A stretch of 42,297 bases of DNA. Source: a virus. Lineage: Duplodnaviria; Caudoviricetes. The translations under genes and the position numbers were made by a program. The stretch covers positions 1 to 42,297 of IMG/VR virus record IMGVR_UViG_3300032212_000039. One strand, given 5' to 3'. Positions 9,266 to 18,208 of the stretch are shown piece after piece (the first letter of the stretch is position 1; every line of letters begins with the position of its first letter). The notes under the pieces were generated by a model. That model worked only from the letters and a program-made list of their open reading frames with translations, ran no database searches and was not told the DNA's origin.

Positions 9266-9922
9266 ATGACTATAGCCGCCGCATTACAGCAGCTCCTTTT
9301 ATGCTCATGCCCTCAATCTTCAGAAATTCCAGATATCACGGCGATCACTTGTGTCGAGGATCTGGGAGAACTTCGAAAGCTTATTTTTCAAAGAACTTAC
9401 CTTTCCGCTGGAGTCCTTAACAATATCGTTATAGCGACAGACGATCCAGCCCTCCAAGCAACTTGGACAACGCTCCAGGGATTAGCCACTAACGCAAAGG
9501 TTACGGTGTCCCCTGAATTTGGTAATTATCAGCCGTCTGGAGGGGATCAGCGAACGGCCGGTGGTGGTGCGCAAACTCCAGGAGGTATTCCCCTGAATCT
9601 TGGTTTCAATCCTACTATATCGACGGCCGAATTACAGCGAGTCCCACAGGATACCATTCGAGATCTTAAAAATTACTCATGTGAGGTCGGGCTATCTGTT
9701 TGGCTGATTAATGAGCATGGCCAGATTATCGGACTAAAGGACGCCACGGTCGCCGCTAATTTCCGAGGTATTCCCGTTGCTCAATTTGCCGTAGGGGATA
9801 AAGTACCTGGCCATTACGCTGGATACGATTACAATCCAATGATTTGGAGCTTTTATCCTAACTGGTCGGACTATTTGCACGTTGTAACACCTACAGATTT
9901 CAACGCTTTAACTCAACTCTAA
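9266..9922 (+). CDS. Major tail (tube) protein
   Basis: CxCP..IPDI...C.E..G...K..FQR and W.F.PNWSD motifs recalled from B40-8-like major structural proteins; strong leader. Confidence 0.7.
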   Translation: MTIAAALQQLLLCSCPQSSEIPDITAITCVEDLGELRKLIFQRTYLSAGVLNNIVIATDDPALQATWTTLQGLATNAKVTVSPEFGNYQPSGGDQRTAGGGAQTPGGIPLNLGFNPTISTAELQRVPQDTIRDLKNYSCEVGLSVWLINEHGQIIGLKDATVAANFRGIPVAQFAVGDKVPGHYAGYDYNPMIWSFYPNWSDYLHVVTPTDFNALTQL

Positions 9923-9925
9923 GCA

Positions 9926-10171
9926 ATGGATCAATTAGAGGGTCAAAAATGGTTATGGGATGTAACGCTAAAAATTCGAAAATCATTCGAAGCATCCCAC
10001 GCCGATCGAATAATTGAGCGGTTCCCTAGTCGGGGACTCGTTCCTTACAATAATCAGGATGGGCTTGAAACTGGAGGAAATCCGAAAGATACTGACGGGG
10101 GAGATACCGTCGGACAAAATCCAACTGGCAAAAGCCGTAAAGCTTCAAAATCGGGTAAACCTCCATTGTAA
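9926..10171 (+). CDS. Small hypothetical protein overlapping the portal start
   Basis: 81-aa ORF with F...HA.R motif and low-complexity tail. Confidence 0.55.
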   Translation: MDQLEGQKWLWDVTLKIRKSFEASHADRIIERFPSRGLVPYNNQDGLETGGNPKDTDGGDTVGQNPTGKSRKASKSGKPPL

Positions 10172-11828
10172 GACACTACTAAGTGACCAGGAGGCTACCA
10201 GGTACTCGAAACACTTTATGGAAATGGTTAGGTCGATCCTAACTAACCAGAAAATCAATTCGTTTTTGGCGATGTTTGGTTTTCCTGTTTCTACTGCTAC
10301 GCTAATGGACGAGGTTTTTACCTTTGTTTCGAAGATTTTTGATGGGCGGAATCCGGTTTACTATTATGAATTTGGGTCGGATTCTGAAAAATCGGACTGG
10401 TTGCAATACCGGTCCGACCTCAAGCTGGCGCACTGGTGGAAAACCAAAGGACTCCAGGCATTCAGGACGATGCACAATTCCTTCCTGGTTGTCGATAGCC
10501 CTCCAGAGCAAACCGGCGACCGGCCAGAGCCGTATTTCTATCTAGTCGAAGCCGATAACGTATCCCATGTAAAAGCGATCAATGAAATCGACCTGGAATG
10601 GATAGTATTCCGCCAGGACGAAAATACAATGGTCGTGATTGACGACGAACAATATTGGATACTTGATTCACCAGACGGAACGAGTATCCAAAACGTTCGA
10701 CGGCAAACTCCGCATGAATACGGTTATTGTCCAAGTACGCCACTTTGGACCACGGCCGTTTCGGATGACCAACCGCTGGTTAAAAAACACATTGTTACTA
10801 ACTGGCTGGATGCACTCGAAAAGCTTCTATTTTTCAAAGTTTCAAATGAAGATCTAAACACTTACGCCAGATATCCGATAATGTCTGGCTTTGATCATTC
10901 ATGTAAATTTGAAGATAAAGAAGCTGGATACGCTTGCAGCAACGGATATTTACGATTCAGGGCTGGCGGATATCTAATTCGCAATAAAAAGCCTCAGAAA
11001 TGCCCCGTATGCAGTAAGAAACGATTTAACGGTCCAGGATCCTTTATTCGGGTGCCTGTTCCATCAGTGGCCAATGATAACAAGGATCTTCGAGGCGGTG
11101 TCGATTACTCACAAATACCGGTCGATTCCCTGGATTATAACAATTCAGATGTTTCGACCAGGTGGAATTCGATTCTTTCCGCAATAACCGGATATCAAGG
11201 ATTGCCAATAAACGATCAGGCAGTCAATGAGAAGCAAGTAGGTGCAATCTTTGAGTCGATCGAAACTGCATTGCAATACCCACAACAGAATGCGGAGCGT
11301 GTTATAAAGTGGTTAGACGCGACTTTGTGCCGCTCCAGGTACAATACATTCAAAGGGCTATCGATATCCCTAGGAACGGAGCATTACGTACTTAATTCGT
11401 CTCAATTAATAGAGGTTTACGAGTCAGTGAGAACGTCGGCTTTTTCAGCGAATACGATGGATAAGGTCCAGGATCTATATTACGAAAGTATGTATAGGAA
11501 CAATCCGGAGCTGATGCAACGCCAGGCGATCGTCAACCACTTGGATCCGTTTCGACATAGGACCATTTCTGAGGTAACAACAATGTACCAACAGGGTCTA
11601 ATTCGATTTGAGGATTTTATGTTAAAAATGAATCTATCGAGTTACCTAATGAGGTTCGAGGCGGAGAAATTTCCGATTTCCCAATTTTCGCCAAACGTAC
11701 CGGTAGCTAAGAAGGTTTCAATTTTGAAGGAAGAATTTTCTAAGTATATAGCCGAACAGGATCCTAGCGCTGGATCTGACGACGGCGGAGAAAATGACCC
11801 ACCAGGTAACAGCGGCGGGTCTGATTAA
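10059..11828 (+). CDS. Portal protein (with Cys-rich Zn-ribbon-like insert)
   Basis: ~589 aa; position before scaffold and capsid; C..C..CPVC insert; start ATG 10059. Confidence 0.8.
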   Translation: MGLKLEEIRKILTGEIPSDKIQLAKAVKLQNRVNLHCKTLLSDQEATRYSKHFMEMVRSILTNQKINSFLAMFGFPVSTATLMDEVFTFVSKIFDGRNPVYYYEFGSDSEKSDWLQYRSDLKLAHWWKTKGLQAFRTMHNSFLVVDSPPEQTGDRPEPYFYLVEADNVSHVKAINEIDLEWIVFRQDENTMVVIDDEQYWILDSPDGTSIQNVRRQTPHEYGYCPSTPLWTTAVSDDQPLVKKHIVTNWLDALEKLLFFKVSNEDLNTYARYPIMSGFDHSCKFEDKEAGYACSNGYLRFRAGGYLIRNKKPQKCPVCSKKRFNGPGSFIRVPVPSVANDNKDLRGGVDYSQIPVDSLDYNNSDVSTRWNSILSAITGYQGLPINDQAVNEKQVGAIFESIETALQYPQQNAERVIKWLDATLCRSRYNTFKGLSISLGTEHYVLNSSQLIEVYESVRTSAFSANTMDKVQDLYYESMYRNNPELMQRQAIVNHLDPFRHRTISEVTTMYQQGLIRFEDFMLKMNLSSYLMRFEAEKFPISQFSPNVPVAKKVSILKEEFSKYIAEQDPSAGSDDGGENDPPGNSGGSD

Positions 11829-11849
11829 TTCACTATTAATTATTTACCA

Positions 11850-12329
11850 ATGGCAAAGAACAAACTAGCCGGTAAGGTGCTGATTGATTCCAGGACGAAA
11901 AATCCATCTTTAAAGGAATTTCGGCTTTCCGAGGATGAGGTCGCTAAGTACAAACCGGAAAAGGGTACCGAAGACCTGGTGCACCTAGAACTAGAAAAAG
12001 TTGTTTGGGACGATGGCGAGAAAGCATCCTTACCAAACATTACAAAAATTCCGCAAAACGCTTGGTTATTCATGCGGCGGAAATTGATTACCCAGGGGTT
12101 TAATTACATCCGGATCCTACACGCTGGAGCGGATGTCGAAACCCGACTTTTGATGGACAAAGGACTTTATTCGGCTTTAAAAAACGCGACTAAAAAACGC
12201 GTCACTTTCAACGATGAATATGTAGAAGTAATTGATCCAGAGAAAGGAGGTAAAACACTTACCCGTCGAGAAGCGGCGGCAGCGGCTGAAAAAGCAGCCG
12301 AGGAGGCGAAAGCCAACGCGACAGTATAA
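11850..12329 (+). CDS. Hypothetical head-module protein
   Basis: 159-aa ORF between portal and scaffold. Confidence 0.7.
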   Translation: MAKNKLAGKVLIDSRTKNPSLKEFRLSEDEVAKYKPEKGTEDLVHLELEKVVWDDGEKASLPNITKIPQNAWLFMRRKLITQGFNYIRILHAGADVETRLLMDKGLYSALKNATKKRVTFNDEYVEVIDPEKGGKTLTRREAAAAAEKAAEEAKANATV

Positions 12330-12363
12330 ACCTATTTTTTTCCATCAACAAATAATGTGAAAC

Positions 12364-13308
12364 ATGTTGACGATTGACAAATTAAAAACAAATGCCGAGC
12401 TGGCCAAACTAGATGCAAGCCTTTTGACCGTTATCGAGGATCTATCGAAAGCCGATGAGAAACTGTCGATAGACAAAGTAACTAGAACGTTACATGAGGG
12501 GTACGATAAGGATATAAAAGCGATAACGGGATTGGAAAAACCCGCGAATATGCAAACCTATCAGCATATGAGCGCAATTCTAAAGGATGTCTGGCCATTG
12601 AAAACCAAAGTAGCCGATTTAGAGCAGAAGATTAAAGACGGGGACGGAGATCCAGCCCTTAAAAAGCAAATCGAAACCTTAACCGGTCAGATTGCGGATA
12701 AGGACAAAGAGCTGGAGACAATCAAGGGTACTTTAGACACGAAAACGACTGAATTCCAAAAGACTTTGCAGGACAAAGAGCTGGAGGTTAAAAAGACCGT
12801 AACCAGTCTAAAGTTTGCGGAGGCTGAGAAAGGAGTCGTTTTTAAAGATGTATACGGGGAACAGATCCTTAAAAATGAGATTGAGCGCCGCCGATCCGAC
12901 ATCCTCAATAATGTGACCATTGAGGAGACCGACGATGGCCAGGGCGGAAAGTCTACTATTTTGAGAGGTCCGGATAAAACGATCCTAACCAATAAAGAGG
13001 ACGGATTTAAGCCGCATACATTACAGTCATATTACGTCGCTCAATTGGGGGACTTAATCGATACAGGAAAGAAAGCACCAGGCGGCGGATCAAAACCTCC
13101 AAGTAAAGCAGATCCTAAAGTCGTGACGCTGGACTTTTCCGAAGCTAAAGATCAATTCGCTGCCTCGGTGGTGATTGATAAATACCTCCTTTCAAAAGGA
13201 GTAAAAGAAACAGATCCCTCTTATGGGGATCAATACGCTAAGATCTGGGACGATAACAAAGTGGATGAGATGCCACAAAACGAATCGTCGGATCCTGCTG
13301 GCGAATAA
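12364..13308 (+). CDS. Capsid scaffolding protein
   Basis: Charged coiled coil with PGGGS linker, directly upstream of the capsid gene. Confidence 0.75.
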   Translation: MLTIDKLKTNAELAKLDASLLTVIEDLSKADEKLSIDKVTRTLHEGYDKDIKAITGLEKPANMQTYQHMSAILKDVWPLKTKVADLEQKIKDGDGDPALKKQIETLTGQIADKDKELETIKGTLDTKTTEFQKTLQDKELEVKKTVTSLKFAEAEKGVVFKDVYGEQILKNEIERRRSDILNNVTIEETDDGQGGKSTILRGPDKTILTNKEDGFKPHTLQSYYVAQLGDLIDTGKKAPGGGSKPPSKADPKVVTLDFSEAKDQFAASVVIDKYLLSKGVKETDPSYGDQYAKIWDDNKVDEMPQNESSDPAGE

Positions 13309-13360
13309 TTAACTAATACGGGTATGAGAATTCCCATTTCGTAACTCTTAATTTTAAATC

Positions 13361-14401
13361 ATGACTTTAATCGCAACCAGATTGCAGAATTTCCGGTCTG
13401 ATAATCCGGACATTGCAAAATGGGAATATCGAACCGGCAATTATGGTGCATGGAATTTATTTTCCAAGCAATCACAGGCGCCAAATTCCATTATCAATAA
13501 CGACCTACGATCAAAGGCGATCGCCGCCGTAGGATCAGGATTAGAGATCCCTGTAATTGATTACGCGGCTAGTACGATCCAAAACGTTACCCAACCGGTA
13601 GCCGTTATCGATGATCCTTTGACCTCCCAATTAATGGCGGTAACTTTTACCGATTATTATTTCGGGTTCCTAATGTACGACGCCCAATTTTACAACAACA
13701 ATATCAGTCCTCGACAGTATTTCAATACACAAATGCGTCGATGGGTATTGGCATTGTTGAACGAATGGGATCAAGACGCCCTTACCGTACTGGAGACGAA
13801 CAAAACCCAGGTATTAGGATCCACTTTAGGCGGCAAGTACACCTTAACCGGTGACGTTATCAGTGGAACGAATGCCTTTAAGGATCAGATCATCGGTGAT
13901 ATCAACCCATTGATGAGAGGGAACGATTTTAGCGGTCCTTTCGATGTGGTTGGTAATCCCTCTTTGGAGTCTCACGTCCGCAATAACCTCCTGGAGAAAG
14001 GAGCACAGCAGGACAGCGACAAAACGTACCAGTGGAACGACAAGAACTGGCATTTCTCCAATAATGTAGCGGATGGCGCTGGCCAGGCTTTTACCGGCTT
14101 CGCTGTTCAGTCTGGATCTGTTGGCGTTCTTGATCAGTTCTTACCAGACAATGTTTGGTCACATAAGAGCAACAATCACCAATGGCGGATTATGGACATT
14201 CCAGGATTAGGCGGGAAGATGGGAACCTATACTTATGATGGCGCGGTCGATGCTTCTGGCTTGAATGCTAGTACGGCACACCTTACAGCCACCAAGGTAC
14301 AAGCCTATGGGTTCCACGTACGAAAATCCTTTGTACATGCTTACAATTCAGATCTGGCGACCATTGCGTCGGCAACGGGTAAATTCCAGATCGCGCAATA
14401 A
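13361..14401 (+). CDS. Major capsid protein
   Basis: 346 aa; MTLIATRLQN..YGA...IGDINPLMRGN resembles B40-8/B124-14 major head protein (recollection); follows the scaffold. Confidence 0.85.
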   Translation: MTLIATRLQNFRSDNPDIAKWEYRTGNYGAWNLFSKQSQAPNSIINNDLRSKAIAAVGSGLEIPVIDYAASTIQNVTQPVAVIDDPLTSQLMAVTFTDYYFGFLMYDAQFYNNNISPRQYFNTQMRRWVLALLNEWDQDALTVLETNKTQVLGSTLGGKYTLTGDVISGTNAFKDQIIGDINPLMRGNDFSGPFDVVGNPSLESHVRNNLLEKGAQQDSDKTYQWNDKNWHFSNNVADGAGQAFTGFAVQSGSVGVLDQFLPDNVWSHKSNNHQWRIMDIPGLGGKMGTYTYDGAVDASGLNASTAHLTATKVQAYGFHVRKSFVHAYNSDLATIASATGKFQIAQ

Positions 14402-14490
14402 ATGACTAGATAGGTTTTTCATTTGTTTGGTATTTGATAGGATTTATCAATCGAGAGGAAAGGGGTTTAAAAGCTCCTTTCCTTCTTCCA
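14402..14490 (+). ncRNA. Capsid 3'-UTR candidate antisense RNA plus terminator-like hairpin (14456-14483)
   Basis: 14431-14445 is the exact reverse complement of 841-855; hairpin GGAAAGGGGTT...AGCTCCTTTCC. Confidence 0.5.
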
Positions 14491-14500
14491 ATTCTAATAT

Positions 14501-15664
14501 ATGTTTGATATCCAAAGCATCGAAGCGAGTTTTTTAAGCCTGGTTGGATGGGAACAAAACGCGGATCCTAGTGGCTGGCAGCTGACCGGCTTAACTACTA
14601 GCGATAGCGGTCTGTTTATGAATTCCATTCATTCAATGTTGACGATTGATAACCTGGTTGCACTAGCGCCACGTTTCGACGAAATCCACACTGGAGACGA
14701 TCCAGCCAGGAATACGGCTTTTACTGGATGGGTAGAACGGCTAATGAAAACAGCCATCCAGGAAGGCGTCGGTATTTGGATTGATACTAAGATCGGCCGC
14801 AAGACAGCAACCAACCTATTAGCCGACAGTCGCCTTTTTAATATCGCGGGATCCTTTGACCAGCTCCAGACTAAAAACGGTCGGTTTGTTGGGATATCGA
14901 TAACACCAAAATGCGATAAAGGAATCGCGGGATTGATTCGAAAAGTTGGAATCCAGATGGAACAGGCGGAAACTTTCGCGCTAAGGCTATTTAAAGGCGA
15001 TTCAGCCGTCGAAGTCCAAAATCAGTCGATTACATACACCGTCGGCGGATCCGTTCAATGGGTGGACGTAAACTGGGCCTTAGAATCTGGTACCACGTAC
15101 TTTATAGGGTACCATGAGGATGAGATCACCGGCCAGGCCATTAACGGGGTATTGGGTTTCGGATATGAGGACCACGGCCGTTTGTATTTTCCAAGTGAAC
15201 GCCATTTTAATGCGACTGCATTCTCGATCGCCAAATCAAATGATTCGAATATGTGGGCCGTATCTGGAAACTCGTATACCAGCGGCACCAACTACGGACT
15301 GAATCTGGATCTTTCTTTTCATGCCGACTATACGAATCTAGTAATCGAACAGCGACTTATTTTCGCTCGATTTATTGCGCTCCAGCTGGCGATCAATATT
15401 CTAAAGGAGCTGATATCGAATCCTAATTCCAAGCTTAACCGAAATACTGAGAACGCCGCATCGATAAAAGCCTGGCTTTTGGATGAGATTAACGGCAATA
15501 AGAACGATAAAAACGATACAAGTTTGGCCGGTAAGTACCGAAAAGCGTTAGCCGCCATCCAATTCGAGTATAACCAGGTTAACGATACGCTACTCCCAGA
15601 GGTAGAATCGAGGCCTATTTTTGAAAGTCTAGGATCTGAGCCAACCGGGTACTATGAATTTTAA
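14501..15664 (+). CDS. Virion structural protein (head-tail adaptor-like)
   Basis: LVGWEQ...SGL....H..LT.DN and NYGLN motifs; position after the capsid gene. Confidence 0.65.
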   Translation: MFDIQSIEASFLSLVGWEQNADPSGWQLTGLTTSDSGLFMNSIHSMLTIDNLVALAPRFDEIHTGDDPARNTAFTGWVERLMKTAIQEGVGIWIDTKIGRKTATNLLADSRLFNIAGSFDQLQTKNGRFVGISITPKCDKGIAGLIRKVGIQMEQAETFALRLFKGDSAVEVQNQSITYTVGGSVQWVDVNWALESGTTYFIGYHEDEITGQAINGVLGFGYEDHGRLYFPSERHFNATAFSIAKSNDSNMWAVSGNSYTSGTNYGLNLDLSFHADYTNLVIEQRLIFARFIALQLAINILKELISNPNSKLNRNTENAASIKAWLLDEINGNKNDKNDTSLAGKYRKALAAIQFEYNQVNDTLLPEVESRPIFESLGSEPTGYYEF

Positions 15665-16108
15665 ATGATGGTATTTAAAGAACAAATATCAAGAGTGAGA
15701 CAAGTACGACAGGAATTCGATAAAATCGTCTTAGAAGTGCTCAAAACAGCTGAAAACGAAAAATTCCTGGTCAATTTAAACCGTGAACAGCTGCACAATG
15801 GGAAAAAAGGCGATGGATCCGATATTCTACCAGGTTACGCAGACAGGACGATCGAAAGAAAACGGCGAGACAGACAGCCATTCGATCGGGTTACGTTACG
15901 GGATCGCGGGAATTTATACGAACAGTTTACGGTCGAATTCGGATCGGAGGAATTCACATTAAGCGCCGATACTGAATACACCAAATACCTATTGAGTCGA
16001 TACGGCGATGATATTTTTGGCCTACACGACGATAGCCTGGAGAAACTACGGGAAAAGATTAATCCACAGATTGTCGAGGCAGTCAGAAAACTTTTACTAA
16101 ATGAGTAG
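15665..16108 (+). CDS. Neck / tail-completion protein
   Basis: QL..G...Y...T...K...DRVTLRD.G...YG..IFGL; position. Confidence 0.65.
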   Translation: MMVFKEQISRVRQVRQEFDKIVLEVLKTAENEKFLVNLNREQLHNGKKGDGSDILPGYADRTIERKRRDRQPFDRVTLRDRGNLYEQFTVEFGSEEFTLSADTEYTKYLLSRYGDDIFGLHDDSLEKLREKINPQIVEAVRKLLLNE

Positions 16109-16685
16109 TTTACGAGTACCCGCTAAGATGATCCCAGACAATCCCGTCCTCCTGGATCGGGCGCTTTGGGAGATATCCGACAACCTGGCCAGTGAATTAT
16201 CTTGGATAGATAATAATTACGGATTGGCCCAACGTGTCGACGATGCAAACCAGGGACTTATTCCAGCTTATTATACTACCAACGGGATCGAGTACTTCCC
16301 TTTATTTCCAGATGAGAGTCTAGGAAATTTTCTGTTTTTTGACAGAGACGAAACCAGGTCTATTTTCGACAGTCCGGAGAAGCTTCGAAGTGGGGCCAAC
16401 GTAAAGGAGAAAATCGGGCTAATCGTTTGGTACAATATCAAAACCGTATTCCCCACTAACTGGAGTACTCGAACCAATGAAAATGTAAAGGGGCTAGTAC
16501 TTCAAGCCCTGGAGGATATTGTCCACATACATAGCTCTTATACGGCCGTCGATATGTTTCATGAGGGGAAGAACATCTATAAGGGCTATAAACTACCGGA
16601 AAGCCGCTCCCAATACCTTATGCGTCCGTTTGGGGGGTTTCGTATCAATCTTAATATTTCGTATAACAACTTAAACCGCTGCTAA
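16101..16685 (+). CDS. Putative tail terminator / neck protein
   Basis: Position; LM.PFGGFR motif. Confidence 0.55.
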   Translation: MSSLRVPAKMIPDNPVLLDRALWEISDNLASELSWIDNNYGLAQRVDDANQGLIPAYYTTNGIEYFPLFPDESLGNFLFFDRDETRSIFDSPEKLRSGANVKEKIGLIVWYNIKTVFPTNWSTRTNENVKGLVLQALEDIVHIHSSYTAVDMFHEGKNIYKGYKLPESRSQYLMRPFGGFRINLNISYNNLNRC

Positions 16686-17113
16686 TGATAGAAAAGCGGG
16701 AATATACGTTCGAAGCTGCATTCGTGAGCGCTTACGATGGCGACTCGATAACATTGTCGCATGAACTAGGGTTCACAGTCAGTAAGGAGGAAAAAGTCCG
16801 CCTAAAGGGCTTAGATACACCAGAAATGCGGGGCGGTACACCCCTAACGAAACAAGCGGCTAGAGTTGTCCGTGATTATGTTACATGGTGGTGCAAGGAT
16901 GAGAATTTGATTTCGTCCTCACTCGCTGGAGATAAAGGAAAATACGGCCGATATCTAATCGAAGTTTACAAAGATGGAATCCTATTAAATCACCACTTGA
17001 TCGAAATAGGATTCGCCAGGCCATATTTTGGAGAAAAAAAAGAGCCCTGGACAGATGCCGAGGCACAGCGAATAATTGATAGTTCTTATGCTAAGATGAT
17101 AAATACCAAGTAA
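16685..17113 (+). CDS. Thermonuclease (SNase-like) family protein
   Basis: YDGDS, VRLKGLDTPE, GKYGRYL and LN..LI..GFARPY.G motifs. Confidence 0.9.
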   Translation: MIEKREYTFEAAFVSAYDGDSITLSHELGFTVSKEEKVRLKGLDTPEMRGGTPLTKQAARVVRDYVTWWCKDENLISSSLAGDKGKYGRYLIEVYKDGILLNHHLIEIGFARPYFGEKKEPWTDAEAQRIIDSSYAKMINTK

Positions 17114-17130
17114 ATAACTGTTCTACAGCC

Positions 17131-17460
17131 ATGAGAGAGGCGAAATCTACTACACCAAAAGCTTTCATTATGTACCCATTACAAATAAACAATAGACCAG
17201 TTATGGATTATTTTTCAAACAAGGTTTTAAACCTGTTAGCTTTTGCAGGGGGAACCGGCGCGACAATTACCTCGATAGTAATCGACAACCTTCCAGCGGT
17301 TATGTATTGGGTTGTCGGTGGTGGTATAGTCTTAGTATTAAAAGTTATGAAAGCCCGTCAGGACATGAGGCACAAAGAGCAGAATTTCCAGCTAGAGATT
17401 AAATTAAAAGAGGCGCAAATCGTCGACCAAATAAATCACTTAAAGGATGAAGGTAATTAA
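17131..17460 (+). CDS. Holin-like membrane protein
   Basis: Two hydrophobic segments plus charged coiled-coil tail; start uncertain (17131, 17170 or 17203). Confidence 0.45.
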   Translation: MREAKSTTPKAFIMYPLQINNRPVMDYFSNKVLNLLAFAGGTGATITSIVIDNLPAVMYWVVGGGIVLVLKVMKARQDMRHKEQNFQLEIKLKEAQIVDQINHLKDEGN

Positions 17461-18199
17461 ATGGGGCGCTAACGAATTAAAAATGTATACGTCGATCCAG
17501 GATTTAACGTCCTACCGGTTTCATGTGTACAATCTTAATTTGCTAATCGATATTGGTATTGGATCCGATGTGGCCGCCGTCCAGAGACGAAATAATAATT
17601 TCCTGGTCAAATGCGATCACAATCTCCAGGAGGCAAAACAGGAGATCATCAACCAAAACCAGACGATCGAATTCATCGTCTCGAACACTTCACCCAAAAT
17701 GAGGTGTTTTTGTGCGTTTATACACACCATTAACGGTCGCGTAATTACCAATGATGATTTAACGGAATCCGGTATCGATGACCTGGTAGCCACATTGCAC
17801 CGAAAATCGGTAAAGTGGGGCATTATATCCGACTTTGTGGAATTCGTAAAAAAAAAAGTCGGGCTTGAATATTCGCAATTCTTCCCTAAAAGAGCGGGAT
17901 CCGGAAAGGACCGCACCTACTACGCTTATTTAAAAGAACATACCCTTATCAGGTGTAAGGATCTGGGAGAAACTAATCCAGACCTTCAAAAAAGGCGAGA
18001 CGCTATCGATCGGTATTTCGCTTTTTCATTCATTACCCACGTATTCGCAGGGGTAAAGGGTATGGAAGTACAGCTAATACAAGCCTATGCGCATACCTGT
18101 AATATGATAGTAAATAGTAGTTTTTCGGTGTCGCCTCGATCGATGGGAGTTATCCCATACTTTCAAGCGTTGGACGCTATTAAAAAAGCCAATAAATAA
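17447..18199 (+). CDS. Tail assembly chaperone
   Basis: Directly upstream of the tape measure gene; internal A10 run at 17848-17857. Confidence 0.65.
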   Translation: MKVIKWGANELKMYTSIQDLTSYRFHVYNLNLLIDIGIGSDVAAVQRRNNNFLVKCDHNLQEAKQEIINQNQTIEFIVSNTSPKMRCFCAFIHTINGRVITNDDLTESGIDDLVATLHRKSVKWGIISDFVEFVKKKVGLEYSQFFPKRAGSGKDRTYYAYLKEHTLIRCKDLGETNPDLQKRRDAIDRYFAFSFITHVFAGVKGMEVQLIQAYAHTCNMIVNSSFSVSPRSMGVIPYFQALDAIKKANK

Positions 18200-18208
18200 C
18201 GACGTGAC

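Noticed and set aside
14348-14422. Minus-strand micro-ORF MKNLSSHLL... behind a good-looking leader
   Set aside because: About 24 aa, antisense to the capsid gene and with no promoter seen; better explained as an antisense mimic of gene starts, though not excluded.
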